Shown: positions 1 through 8,765 of the stretch, piece by piece
Layout: the number at the start of each line of letters is the position of its first letter
Numbering within the stretch: position 1 is the stretch's first letter
From: a bacterium
GTDB taxonomy: Bacteria > Patescibacteriota > Dojkabacteria > B142 > OLB20
Assembly: GCA_029567095.1 (NCBI GenBank)
Contig: JAKQLP010000077.1
Location: forward strand, 1 to 43,907
Reading direction: 5' to 3'
Length of the DNA: 43,907 nucleotides
Program-made: the position numbers and the translations under genes
Notes under the pieces: model-generated
Told to the model about the DNA's origin: nothing
Database searches by the model: none
Seen by the model: only the letters and a program-made list of their open reading frames with translations

Positions 1-251
1 ATTAATAATAAAGTATAAAAGTTACTTAAATATTACTGAAAAAGTAGGTAAATAGTTATATAAAGTTATAAGCAATTATTATAAAGCACTGTATTAAAAT
101 TTAATTATCATTAATTTAACAGGTGTGAAACGTTTATATATAAGATATTATCACAATTTTGTATAAATATATTATCTAATTAAAATTAAAAACATTAATA
201 CATACTATTCAATATTAATTATTTTTATTATATCTAATTTTTGGCCTAGAA

Positions 252-1703
252 TTATTTACGCAAATTCCTAGTTAAATCTAATAGTATTTCCTTTTTATTC
301 AATTTTGGATCGTCAATAACCCTCTGTAATAGAATTTCTAATGTTTTTCCTACTTCTGGTCCTGGTTTTACACCAATTTCTATTAAATCGAAGCCATCAA
401 TATCAAGATCTGTAATTTTTAAGACCATATCCTTAGCTTTAATACTTGCGATACGTTTTTGTAACGCTTCAATTTCTATATTATTAAATAGAGATTTACT
501 ATTTGACGTAGCATCTGCTATCCTTAATCGAAATAAATCATCAACATTTTCTTCACCTACGCTTCTAATAAATCTTCTTACAGCACCATCACTCCATCCC
601 CCTATGTTTATTTCTTCATCTTTTTCAATTTCACTGATCTGCTTATCCTTTCTCCATTGTGCTGAAGGATAATAGAACATATGATGTTTAATTAAATTTG
701 TTATTCTTTTTATCTCCTGATTTGAATATTTCATTCTAGTCAATATTTCTTTTACCATATCCGCTCCTACTTGATCGTGTCCATAGAAATGAACTCTCCC
801 ATCTTCACCTACTGATTTAGTTCTTGCTTTACCAATATCATGAAATAATGCCGCTAATTTTACTGTATCTTCTGCTTTATCAAGCACTTTTAATGAATGA
901 GTATAAACATCATCTTCGTGATATTCGGGCTGAAATATTCCAATGCACTCAATTAATTCTGGAATAAACAATTCCAATAATCCGCTTTTAAGCATTAAAT
1001 TTATTCCCCTAGAAGGCTTTGCAGAATGGAAGAGCATTTTATTGAATTCATCCCTAATCCTTTCCATTGATATCATTTTTGCAACATTTAGGCTCTGTTT
1101 AATCGCCTCAAAAGTTTGTACATCAAGGGTAAATTGCAATTCAGAAGCCATTCTGCAAGCTTTATATGCTCTTAAGCCATCTTCAGTAAATCTCTCCAAT
1201 GGATCTCTAACAGCCCTTACAATCCTTTTGTCTAAATCTGCCATACCATCAAAAGGATCGATTAATATTTCCTCTTGGATTGTCGAGATCTCCCCTATCT
1301 TGGTAAGGTCTATAGCCATAGCGTTAATTGTAAAATCCCTTCTAGATAAATCATCAATTATATCTGATGTAAATTCTACGCTTGCCGGCCATCTTCCATT
1401 GTAATAATTCTCTTCTTTCCTAAAAGTTGTGACTTCTACATCAAACCTTTCATAGGATTCATCCTCCATAACTACTAGTACAGTACCAAATCTAGCATTA
1501 GTGGTTATGCATCTTGGGAATATAGCTTCCATTTGCTCTGGTAAAGCATTTGTTGCAATATCATAATCCTTGGGGGCTTTATTTAAGATCAAATCCCTCA
1601 CTGCCCCACCAACCAGATAGGACTTGAAACCGTTATCTTTTAAAATATCACTAACGTTGAATACATATTGAGGTATCTTTTTTGATAAATCCTTAGGTAT
1701 CAT
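252..1703 (-). CDS. cca: CCA-adding tRNA nucleotidyltransferase with HD domain
   Basis: Class II NTase motifs VGGAVRD..DYDIAT, RRDFTINA and EDGLR; HD domain (AALFHDIGK). Confidence 0.9.
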   Translation of the reverse strand: MIPKDLSKKIPQYVFNVSDILKDNGFKSYLVGGAVRDLILNKAPKDYDIATNALPEQMEAIFPRCITTNARFGTVLVVMEDESYERFDVEVTTFRKEENYYNGRWPASVEFTSDIIDDLSRRDFTINAMAIDLTKIGEISTIQEEILIDPFDGMADLDKRIVRAVRDPLERFTEDGLRAYKACRMASELQFTLDVQTFEAIKQSLNVAKMISMERIRDEFNKMLFHSAKPSRGINLMLKSGLLELFIPELIECIGIFQPEYHEDDVYTHSLKVLDKAEDTVKLAALFHDIGKARTKSVGEDGRVHFYGHDQVGADMVKEILTRMKYSNQEIKRITNLIKHHMFYYPSAQWRKDKQISEIEKDEEINIGGWSDGAVRRFIRSVGEENVDDLFRLRIADATSNSKSLFNNIEIEALQKRIASIKAKDMVLKITDLDIDGFDLIEIGVKPGPEVGKTLEILLQRVIDDPKLNKKEILLDLTRNLRK

Positions 1704-1791
1704 GCTAAAAAATGTACATAGGATATTATACCCTTTTTTAAATCAGTGTATATAAGTGGGGGTACAAATAAAATTTCCGTGAAACAATTTA

Positions 1792-2406
1792 TTAATATTC
1801 TACTCTGCCTTGAAGAGATTTTAGAAGTGTTACTTTGTCTGCATAATCTAAATCGGCACCGGTTGGTAGACCTCTAGCGATTCTGGAAATCCTTAAACCC
1901 TCTAGAGACAACTTCAAGAGCTCCCCTTTTATATAAGAAGCCGTAGCCTCCCCTTCCAGATTAGGATTCATCGCCAAAATCATCTCACCGATACCTCCCT
2001 TACTATCCTTCACCCTCTTGATCAACATACCCGAAGTCAAGTCATCAGGCCCAATCCCCTGTATAGGAGCAATCACTCCACCAAGAACATGGTATAAACC
2101 GTGATAATCACCCATACTTTCAAAAGCGAAAAGATCTAATACGTCCTCAACCACCATAATTTTATCCCCTTCCCTACTCTCATCCTTACAAATAGAACAA
2201 AGATCATCTTCGGCAAGGTTAAAGCATCTAGTGCAAAATCTCACTTTTGATTTCAAATCACTCAAAGTTTGAGCAAAATCAACCACGAAGGAATCTGAAG
2301 AATGTAACAAATATAGAACCAGTCGAGAAGCCGTCTTAGGGCCGATCCCTGGAAGTCTTACGAAGTGGTCAATTAATTTTTGAACATTTTTCGGTAGAGA
2401 GTGCAC
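1792..2406 (-). CDS. recR: Recombination mediator RecR
   Basis: LPGIGPKTASRL HhH, C4 zinc finger CTRC..CSIC, TOPRIM (YHVLGG, NPNLEGEATA); GTG start. Confidence 0.97.
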   Translation of the reverse strand: MHSLPKNVQKLIDHFVRLPGIGPKTASRLVLYLLHSSDSFVVDFAQTLSDLKSKVRFCTRCFNLAEDDLCSICKDESREGDKIMVVEDVLDLFAFESMGDYHGLYHVLGGVIAPIQGIGPDDLTSGMLIKRVKDSKGGIGEMILAMNPNLEGEATASYIKGELLKLSLEGLRISRIARGLPTGADLDYADKVTLLKSLQGRVEY

Positions 2407-2413
2407 AATTTGC

Positions 2414-2719
2414 TTAAGAAGCTCCTAACATACTTTTAATTTGAGATACATCCATATCCTTGGCCATCTCCTTCTGTAATCTCTTTTGGGCATCTTTTAC
2501 AGCTTGAATAAATGCTTTAATTAACTCCTTTTTATTTTCGACACTCATTAGCTCATCATCAATTTCTATGCTTTCTATCTCCTGAAGCCCATTCATCTTG
2601 ATCTTAACATCCTCATCATCTGAATAGCCTTCGACCATAATCTGCTTCATCTTCTTCTGCATCTCTTTTGCTTCTTTTTGTAGTTTATATAAATCTTTAA
2701 TCTGATCGAACATTCCCAT
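2414..2719 (-). CDS. ybaB: YbaB/EbfC nucleoid-associated protein
   Basis: 101 aa with family-like VKIKMNG..IESIEID; conserved position between dnaX and recR. Confidence 0.9.
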   Translation of the reverse strand: MGMFDQIKDLYKLQKEAKEMQKKMKQIMVEGYSDDEDVKIKMNGLQEIESIEIDDELMSVENKKELIKAFIQAVKDAQKRLQKEMAKDMDVSQIKSMLGAS

Positions 2720-2736
2720 TTGAATAATATTAAAAA

Positions 2737-4224
2737 TTAAGAAAAAAATTCTTCTACTAATTTCGAATTGGATTTATCTTCTTTGTCTTTACCCTTTGCT
2801 ACTTCAATTACACATTTATAGTCCACATCAAAGCCACAATTCTCGATGAACAATCCAGATAATATCTTCCTAGTTTCCTTACTCTCGAGCCTTTTCTTAT
2901 GAAAGGTCGATCCTACCTTAAATACTATTACACCAGCATCTAGATCTGCCTCCAGTTGAACCTTAGCTAGTATAGCCGTTAAAAAATGATTGTATTTCTT
3001 TGCAGCATTTAATATCGATTTCCAATGCTCGTTAAGAACAGCAACTTGCTTTTCAGCATCCTGATTCACATTATTATTGGATTGTTTTTCCTGCTTTGGC
3101 ATATTACTAATGGGTTCGACAAACTCATCCTTGACTTTTTCCACCATCTTTACTATTGGCTTCTCTTTTAGACCTGAGCTTCTTGTTATTGGTTTATCTA
3201 AAGTCAAATTGGTTATAGCCACCTCTATAGATAAAATCGGAATTAAACTAGTACGCATCTCGATAGAGGCAGTATTAAATTCTTTAACAATTTTCAAATA
3301 TTTTTTAATATTCTCGCTATTACCAGCAGTTTTTATCTCAGACATCATTTGTAATCTGACCTCTTCTAAGATCTCCTTAATAAAATAGGACAAATTAACT
3401 CCTCCCTCTTCAACTCTAGCTAGTATCTCGAACGACTTTTCCCTATCACCTTTTAATAAAAGTTCAATGAAAGATTTAACTAAATCTTGGCTTGCAAGAC
3501 CTAAAATATTCTCTACATCACCTTGCGCAATCTCTTGTTCGAAGTTCAAACCCGATATTACTTTTTCCAAAACTGTTTCAGCATCTCTAAAGCTACCCCG
3601 GCCAGCTTTAACAATAATCTCAAGTGCTGCGGGCGCAATTGTTCTCTTTTCGCTTTCAATTATTTTTTTAAGCTTCTTTAATAAAGCATTTTCATCTGCT
3701 AGTTTGAAATCAAATCTTTGAGTTCGAGATATTATTGTTAATGGTATTTTTTGAGGCTCAGTAGTGGCTAGAATGAACAAAACTTTCTGAGGTGGCTCTT
3801 CAATTGTCTTTAATAAAGCATTGAAGGCAGGCTCAGTTAACATATGAACTTCATCGATGATGTAAACCTTATGCTTTCCCTCCACTGGCAGAAACCCGAC
3901 ATTATTCTTTAATTCCCTAATCTCATCGATGCCTCTATTTGAAGCAGCATCAATTTCAATCAGGTCTAAAAAATTGCCTTTATTGATTGCTTTACAATTA
4001 TGACATTTATTACAAGGTTCTCCGTCTTTAAGCTCCAAACAATTAACTGCTTTCGCAAGAATTCTGGCCATACTAGTTTTACCAGTGCCTCTAGGACCGG
4101 AAAATAAATAGGCATGGGATATCTTTCCATCATGAACAGCCTGCTTGAGTACAGATACTACATGATCCTGCCCAATAATTTGAGAAAAATTTTTAGCTCT
4201 ATACTTACGATAAACTGTAAGCAT
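2737..4224 (-). CDS. dnaX: DNA polymerase III subunit gamma/tau
   Basis: YRKYR, GPRGTGKT, EIDAASN, IIDEVHML, LLKTIEEPP. Confidence 0.98.
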   Translation of the reverse strand: MLTVYRKYRAKNFSQIIGQDHVVSVLKQAVHDGKISHAYLFSGPRGTGKTSMARILAKAVNCLELKDGEPCNKCHNCKAINKGNFLDLIEIDAASNRGIDEIRELKNNVGFLPVEGKHKVYIIDEVHMLTEPAFNALLKTIEEPPQKVLFILATTEPQKIPLTIISRTQRFDFKLADENALLKKLKKIIESEKRTIAPAALEIIVKAGRGSFRDAETVLEKVISGLNFEQEIAQGDVENILGLASQDLVKSFIELLLKGDREKSFEILARVEEGGVNLSYFIKEILEEVRLQMMSEIKTAGNSENIKKYLKIVKEFNTASIEMRTSLIPILSIEVAITNLTLDKPITRSSGLKEKPIVKMVEKVKDEFVEPISNMPKQEKQSNNNVNQDAEKQVAVLNEHWKSILNAAKKYNHFLTAILAKVQLEADLDAGVIVFKVGSTFHKKRLESKETRKILSGLFIENCGFDVDYKCVIEVAKGKDKEDKSNSKLVEEFFS

Positions 4225-4251
4225 TTCCCTTTGAAAAGTCAGAAACAGAAA

Positions 4252-4488
4252 TTATCTATAGTAAATTTGCAAAAAAGTTTTGTTTTTGCCTTCTAGTCTG
4301 CGTTTTGCAGTTCTTCTTCTGCGTTTCATCTTGCTCCAGACCTTATTAGCTTCATGTTTAATAGCCGTTGGTTTTACACGGTATCTGATCTTTTGTAAGA
4401 CCTTAGGAACATCTTCCCTATTGGCTTCACGCCATAACATTTTTAAAGCCTGGTCTATAGGCATATCATTGTGAACTATTACTGCCAT
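4252..4488 (-). CDS. rpsU: 30S ribosomal protein bS21
   Basis: 78 aa basic protein; IDQALK..REA..YRVKP..Arg-rich tail pattern of S21. Confidence 0.85.
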   Translation of the reverse strand: MAVIVHNDMPIDQALKMLWREANREDVPKVLQKIRYRVKPTAIKHEANKVWSKMKRRRRTAKRRLEGKNKTFLQIYYR

Positions 4489-4495
4489 TTGAAAA

Positions 4496-4505
4496 CACCT
4501 CCTTA
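4496..4505 (-). promoter_or_regulatory. Perfect Shine-Dalgarno TAAGGAGGTG of rpsU
   Basis: Reverse complement of cacctcctta, 7 nt upstream of the ATG. Confidence 0.9.
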
Positions 4506-4532
4506 AAGTGTTGTGTGAATTTTGAACTAGAA

Positions 4533-4561
4533 ATTATATCAGAAGATATTATTAAATCCAA
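4533..4561 (-). promoter_or_regulatory. Sigma70-type promoter for rpsU
   Basis: TTGGAT-17 nt-TATAAT with extended TG. Confidence 0.7.
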
Positions 4562-4566
4562 TAGAA

Positions 4567-6186
4567 CTACGGCCCAATAATTTCAGTAAAAAGGTCCCCT
4601 ATCCTTTGAATAAAATTAAACTGCCATACATCTTTGAATATTACTAATACCGAAAGGACTATCAATCCATAGAAGGCAACCGTAGCAATTCTCTCCTGCA
4701 CATTATCTGATATCTTCCGTCCTCGGACCTTCTCTAAGATCAGGAAAAAAATATGACCACCATCAAAAAGAGGTATGGGTAAAAAATTCATTATTGCCAA
4801 ACTAAGACTTACCAGAGCTGTCAAATTGATAATATTTACAAAATCATCAACTTTAACAAGGTTATATACAAAATCACTAACTCCTACTATACTACTCACT
4901 CCCGAAGAGACAGGCTCTATGCTTCTTTGAGCTAAGGACTGTTTTACCAGCTCAAACAGTCCACTAAAATTGTAAACAGTCATATTTATTGAATGATTAA
5001 TACCACTAAAGATCTTATTACCAGAGTAATCAAGTCTTAATAAGGCATCTGGGAAGGAATCAAAGTAATAATAAGATATACCTAATAAAACTTTACCCTC
5101 CTGATCTTTATTTAAATATGCTTCAGCGAGTACCTCTTTTAATGCGCTATTAACAAATTTAATATTTACAAAGTTATCAGCATTATCATTCAATAATTTA
5201 CTTAAATCAGTAGCGCTAGTGAGCTCTTGTCCGGCTATTTCAATAATGAAATCGCCAGGTTCAAGACCAATACGCTCAGCCAAACTGTTTTCGTTGACTA
5301 CGGTAACATAGGGCTTATCTTGAAGGTCTGAATCAAAGTTGCTTTTTATACCATCTCCATTTAAGATCAATTTGGCATCGACGTAATAATATCCAGATTC
5401 GGTCAGTTTTTGTAAACCCAGATCTACCGGTATATTAGGATTATTTGCTATGTACTCCTTAAAACTTTCCTCGGAATTTACCAATTGTCCGTTAAGCTTT
5501 ATGACTAAACTGTCTGAATAAAGAGTATTGTCGGTTCCATCCACAAAACTTAGATAAGGTGGATTAGTTACCTCAACCCCCCAAAAGTTTGGGGTACCAA
5601 TTTTTCGGATATCGGTATAAAACCCAGTTAATAGAAAGAAAATGTAAAAAAGTACAACAGCTAGTATCATATTCATTACTACGCCTGCAGATATTACCAA
5701 GGCCCTTTTCCCTATACTGACATTATCAAAATTTCCTGGATGATTAGGAATGTAATCGTAAATCAGATAATTCTGTAATTTATGATATTCTACATCGCTG
5801 AGCTCTTTACTCATTCTATGTCCGAATTTTTCGATCCTGTAATAACTCGCTTTTTGGGGGTCTAGATTATTCTTTTTAAGAAGTTCTAAGGCAAATTCCT
5901 TGTCAGTCCTATCATATTTCTTTTTTGTATATCTAAGAAAACTACTGCCGTCTTGGTCTCCTAACATTTTTACATAACCCCCTAAGGGTATCAGATTTAT
6001 ACGATAATCTGTTCCTTTATATCTTTTCTTCCAAATGGCTCTTCCAAATCCAAAAGCAAATTCTTGAACTACAACTCCAACTTTTTTAGCGGCATAAAAA
6101 TGCCCTAACTCATGTATAAATACAACTAAGCCAATTAGGAAAATGAATATAACACCAGAAAGAATAATGTTTAGAATAACTTCCAT
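4567..6186 (-). CDS. rseP: RseP-like M50 intramembrane zinc metalloprotease with PDZ domains
   Basis: HELGH, AFGFG, IPLGGYVKM, AGVVMN, NFLPIPLFDGGH. Confidence 0.93.
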   Translation of the reverse strand: MEVILNIILSGVIFIFLIGLVVFIHELGHFYAAKKVGVVVQEFAFGFGRAIWKKRYKGTDYRINLIPLGGYVKMLGDQDGSSFLRYTKKKYDRTDKEFALELLKKNNLDPQKASYYRIEKFGHRMSKELSDVEYHKLQNYLIYDYIPNHPGNFDNVSIGKRALVISAGVVMNMILAVVLFYIFFLLTGFYTDIRKIGTPNFWGVEVTNPPYLSFVDGTDNTLYSDSLVIKLNGQLVNSEESFKEYIANNPNIPVDLGLQKLTESGYYYVDAKLILNGDGIKSNFDSDLQDKPYVTVVNENSLAERIGLEPGDFIIEIAGQELTSATDLSKLLNDNADNFVNIKFVNSALKEVLAEAYLNKDQEGKVLLGISYYYFDSFPDALLRLDYSGNKIFSGINHSINMTVYNFSGLFELVKQSLAQRSIEPVSSGVSSIVGVSDFVYNLVKVDDFVNIINLTALVSLSLAIMNFLPIPLFDGGHIFFLILEKVRGRKISDNVQERIATVAFYGLIVLSVLVIFKDVWQFNFIQRIGDLFTEIIGP

Positions 6187-6240
6187 ATGGAGATAAATAA
6201 TCTATCTACTTTATCACATACAAGAATATAAATGCAGTAA

Positions 6241-6795
6241 TTACACGGACATTAATTCTTTTTCTTTCTCTTTCACAGTCTTTTCAATTAATTGATTTGC
6301 TGAATCGACCTTCTTTTGTACCTCTTTTTGTAATCGCACCATTTCATCTTCACCAATTAGGCCCTGTTTTTTATCATCCTCTATGGTCTCCATTAAATCC
6401 TTTCGAATTTGCCTGATAACCACTTTCGCCTCTTCAGCTTTTGTATGGAGGACTTTTACAAATTCCAACCGTCTCTCTTCTGTTAAAGGAGGAATAGGTA
6501 ATTTAATAATATCTTTATCTTGATTGGGATTGATTCCCAACTCACTTGCTTGAACTGCTTTAATAATAGCTGGAATATTGTTCTTGTCCCAAGGACTTAT
6601 GGTTATTAACGTCGGATCTACCATAGCAATTCCTGCTATCTGATTTAAAGGCATGGATTGACCATAGACTTCAGCTCTGATCCCTTCAATCATTTGCATT
6701 GCTCCCCTACCGACTCGTAATGAACTTAGATTGTTCTTGAAATGTTCAGTAGCTTCATCAAACTTAACATCAGCCTCGGAGAAAGGTATCCTCAT
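6241..6795 (-). CDS. frr: Ribosome recycling factor
   Basis: LRVGR, ISPWDK, PPLTEERR, VIRQIR. Confidence 0.97.
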   Translation of the reverse strand: MRIPFSEADVKFDEATEHFKNNLSSLRVGRGAMQMIEGIRAEVYGQSMPLNQIAGIAMVDPTLITISPWDKNNIPAIIKAVQASELGINPNQDKDIIKLPIPPLTEERRLEFVKVLHTKAEEAKVVIRQIRKDLMETIEDDKKQGLIGEDEMVRLQKEVQKKVDSANQLIEKTVKEKEKELMSV

Positions 6796-6817
6796 TAATG
6801 ATTGATTAAGAAATAAA

Positions 6818-7429
6818 TTATAAGTTACAGCTTACTGCTGAACCGGCTAATTTAAACCTACAGAATCTACCAATTTCGATCTTCTCACCTAAAACAGCAA
6901 CATAGTCATTTATCAAATCCTTTATCTTCTTGGATTCATCCTTGAAGTATGGTTGTTCTAACAAAACGAAATCGAGGTAATATTTTTGCAATTTACCTTC
7001 AATGATTTTCTCCCTAACTTGTTGTGGCTTTTTAGGATCAATATCTTTTATTGCTAAATCCTTCTCTCTCTCCATTACCTCAGCAGGAATATTTTCTATA
7101 GCAATGTATTCAGGATTATTTGCTGCAATTTGTAAAGCTATCTCATGAGCCAACTCCTGAAATTTCTCACTCTTAGCAGCAAAGTCGGTTTCAGAGTTTA
7201 ATTCTAAAAGCACACCTAGACTTCCATTACCATGTATATATGAAACAATTAAGCCATTAGCTGCTCTTTTTTCTGCTCTTTTTAATGCTTTAGCTAAGCC
7301 TTTCTCTCTCAAAAAGATTAACGCCTTCTCCGGATCTCCATCATACTTTTCCAATGCCTGTTTAACCACTGTAATTCCAGCACCGGTTTTATTTCTTAGA
7401 TCCTTAATCATTTCAAGTGTAATTTTCAT
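6818..7429 (-). CDS. tsf: Elongation factor Ts (short form)
   Basis: IKDLRNKTGAG, ELNSETDF, LLEQPY; follows rpsB. Confidence 0.97.
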   Translation of the reverse strand: MKITLEMIKDLRNKTGAGITVVKQALEKYDGDPEKALIFLREKGLAKALKRAEKRAANGLIVSYIHGNGSLGVLLELNSETDFAAKSEKFQELAHEIALQIAANNPEYIAIENIPAEVMEREKDLAIKDIDPKKPQQVREKIIEGKLQKYYLDFVLLEQPYFKDESKKIKDLINDYVAVLGEKIEIGRFCRFKLAGSAVSCNL

Positions 7430-7456
7430 TTTAGTAATCCAATAATTTAATAAGAT

Positions 7457-8473
7457 TTATTTTACCTTTTTAACAGACTTCTTTGAAGCTGGTTTTTTTG
7501 TTGATTTAGCTACTTTAGTTTCTTTAGCTTCAACAGCATCACTTTTTTGGCCCTTAGCAGCCTCCTCCTTCACTAACTCTAAAATTCCTTTTTGAGCTAG
7601 GTTCTTTTTACTAGGTCTTGGTTTTGCTTTGACAACAGGCTCACTCTTTTGGGTATCTGAAAGTGCGACTTTTTCTTCAACAGCATCAACCTCAGCTTCT
7701 TTTTTAATTATCTGAATCTCCTGATTGGAATAATCCTTGAATACATGCTTGACACCTCTTCCACCATTCCCAATTTTAATAGCATTTGAAAGCACACCTA
7801 AAATCAAATCTAGAGATTTAAGAGCATCATCATTGGAGGGGATTACATAATCTACTAAATCCGGATCTGAGTTTGTATCTACCATTGAAATGATGGGAAC
7901 ATTTACCGCCTTTGCTTCCAGAACAGCCCCTTTCTCATAATGACAATCAACAACAATTACCGCAGAAGGAAATCTGTCCATCGTCTTAACACCTTTATAT
8001 ATTCTGTTCATTCTCTCCCACTCTTTCTTCAGCTGATTAATTTCAAATTTAGTTCTATTTACAACACCTTTCTCAAACTCTTGTTCTATTTCATTAAATC
8101 TAGCTAAGGACTTCTTTACCATTTTGAAATTTGTAAGAAGACCACCCAGCCATCTGTACGTAACAAAATATGAGCCCGATTCAACAGCATACTTCTCTAC
8201 GATTTCCCTGGCTTGCCTTTTGGTTGCTATAAATAATATTGGGCCTCTTTTTGCAGCTTCAGTCAAAAACTTAGCAGCTTCTTCCAGCATGGGAATTGTT
8301 TTCTGGACGTCAATAATATGGATCTTGTTCTTAACGCCATAGATATATGGCTTCATTTTGGGATTCCATCTGACGGTTTCGTGTCCAAACTGAACTCCGG
8401 CTTTTAATAAATCTTTAATCTCTGGGATAGTGACCTCTTGAGGCACTAAATTATTTGAAGTTTTTTCTTCCAT
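7457..8473 (-). CDS. rpsB: 30S ribosomal protein uS2 with long C-terminal extension
   Basis: LLKAGVQFGH, WNPKM, RWLGGLLTNF, VDTNSDP, PSNDD. Confidence 0.98.
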   Translation of the reverse strand: MEEKTSNNLVPQEVTIPEIKDLLKAGVQFGHETVRWNPKMKPYIYGVKNKIHIIDVQKTIPMLEEAAKFLTEAAKRGPILFIATKRQAREIVEKYAVESGSYFVTYRWLGGLLTNFKMVKKSLARFNEIEQEFEKGVVNRTKFEINQLKKEWERMNRIYKGVKTMDRFPSAVIVVDCHYEKGAVLEAKAVNVPIISMVDTNSDPDLVDYVIPSNDDALKSLDLILGVLSNAIKIGNGGRGVKHVFKDYSNQEIQIIKKEAEVDAVEEKVALSDTQKSEPVVKAKPRPSKKNLAQKGILELVKEEAAKGQKSDAVEAKETKVAKSTKKPASKKSVKKVK

Positions 8474-8479
8474 GTTATT

Positions 8480-8547
8480 CTCCTTTATACCTCCACCCTT
8501 TCAGCTCTTTATGAGCAAGGATAAATTAAAATGGGTGTGTGAATTTT
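8480..8547 (-). promoter_or_regulatory. rpsB (S2) leader RNA
   Basis: Reads UUCACACACCC...GGGUGGAGG then SD AAGGAG, resembling the conserved S2-leader ends; extended -10 TGATATAAT at 8552-8560. Confidence 0.7.
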
Positions 8548-8765
8548 CGATATTATATCATATTTCCAATCAAATTGAAGAGCCGGCATTAAATATCGTA
8601 TCAATACAACAACGCCAACACCCATTCATTCGTTCGTCAATTATCAAATTTATTAAACAATGCCGTCGGACATATTGATGATAGGCCGCAAAACAATCAC
8701 CAATTTTTCAATATAGCGCCATATTATTATTTACAAAAGTGGGAAAATACAAAAAAGCTGCGAGA

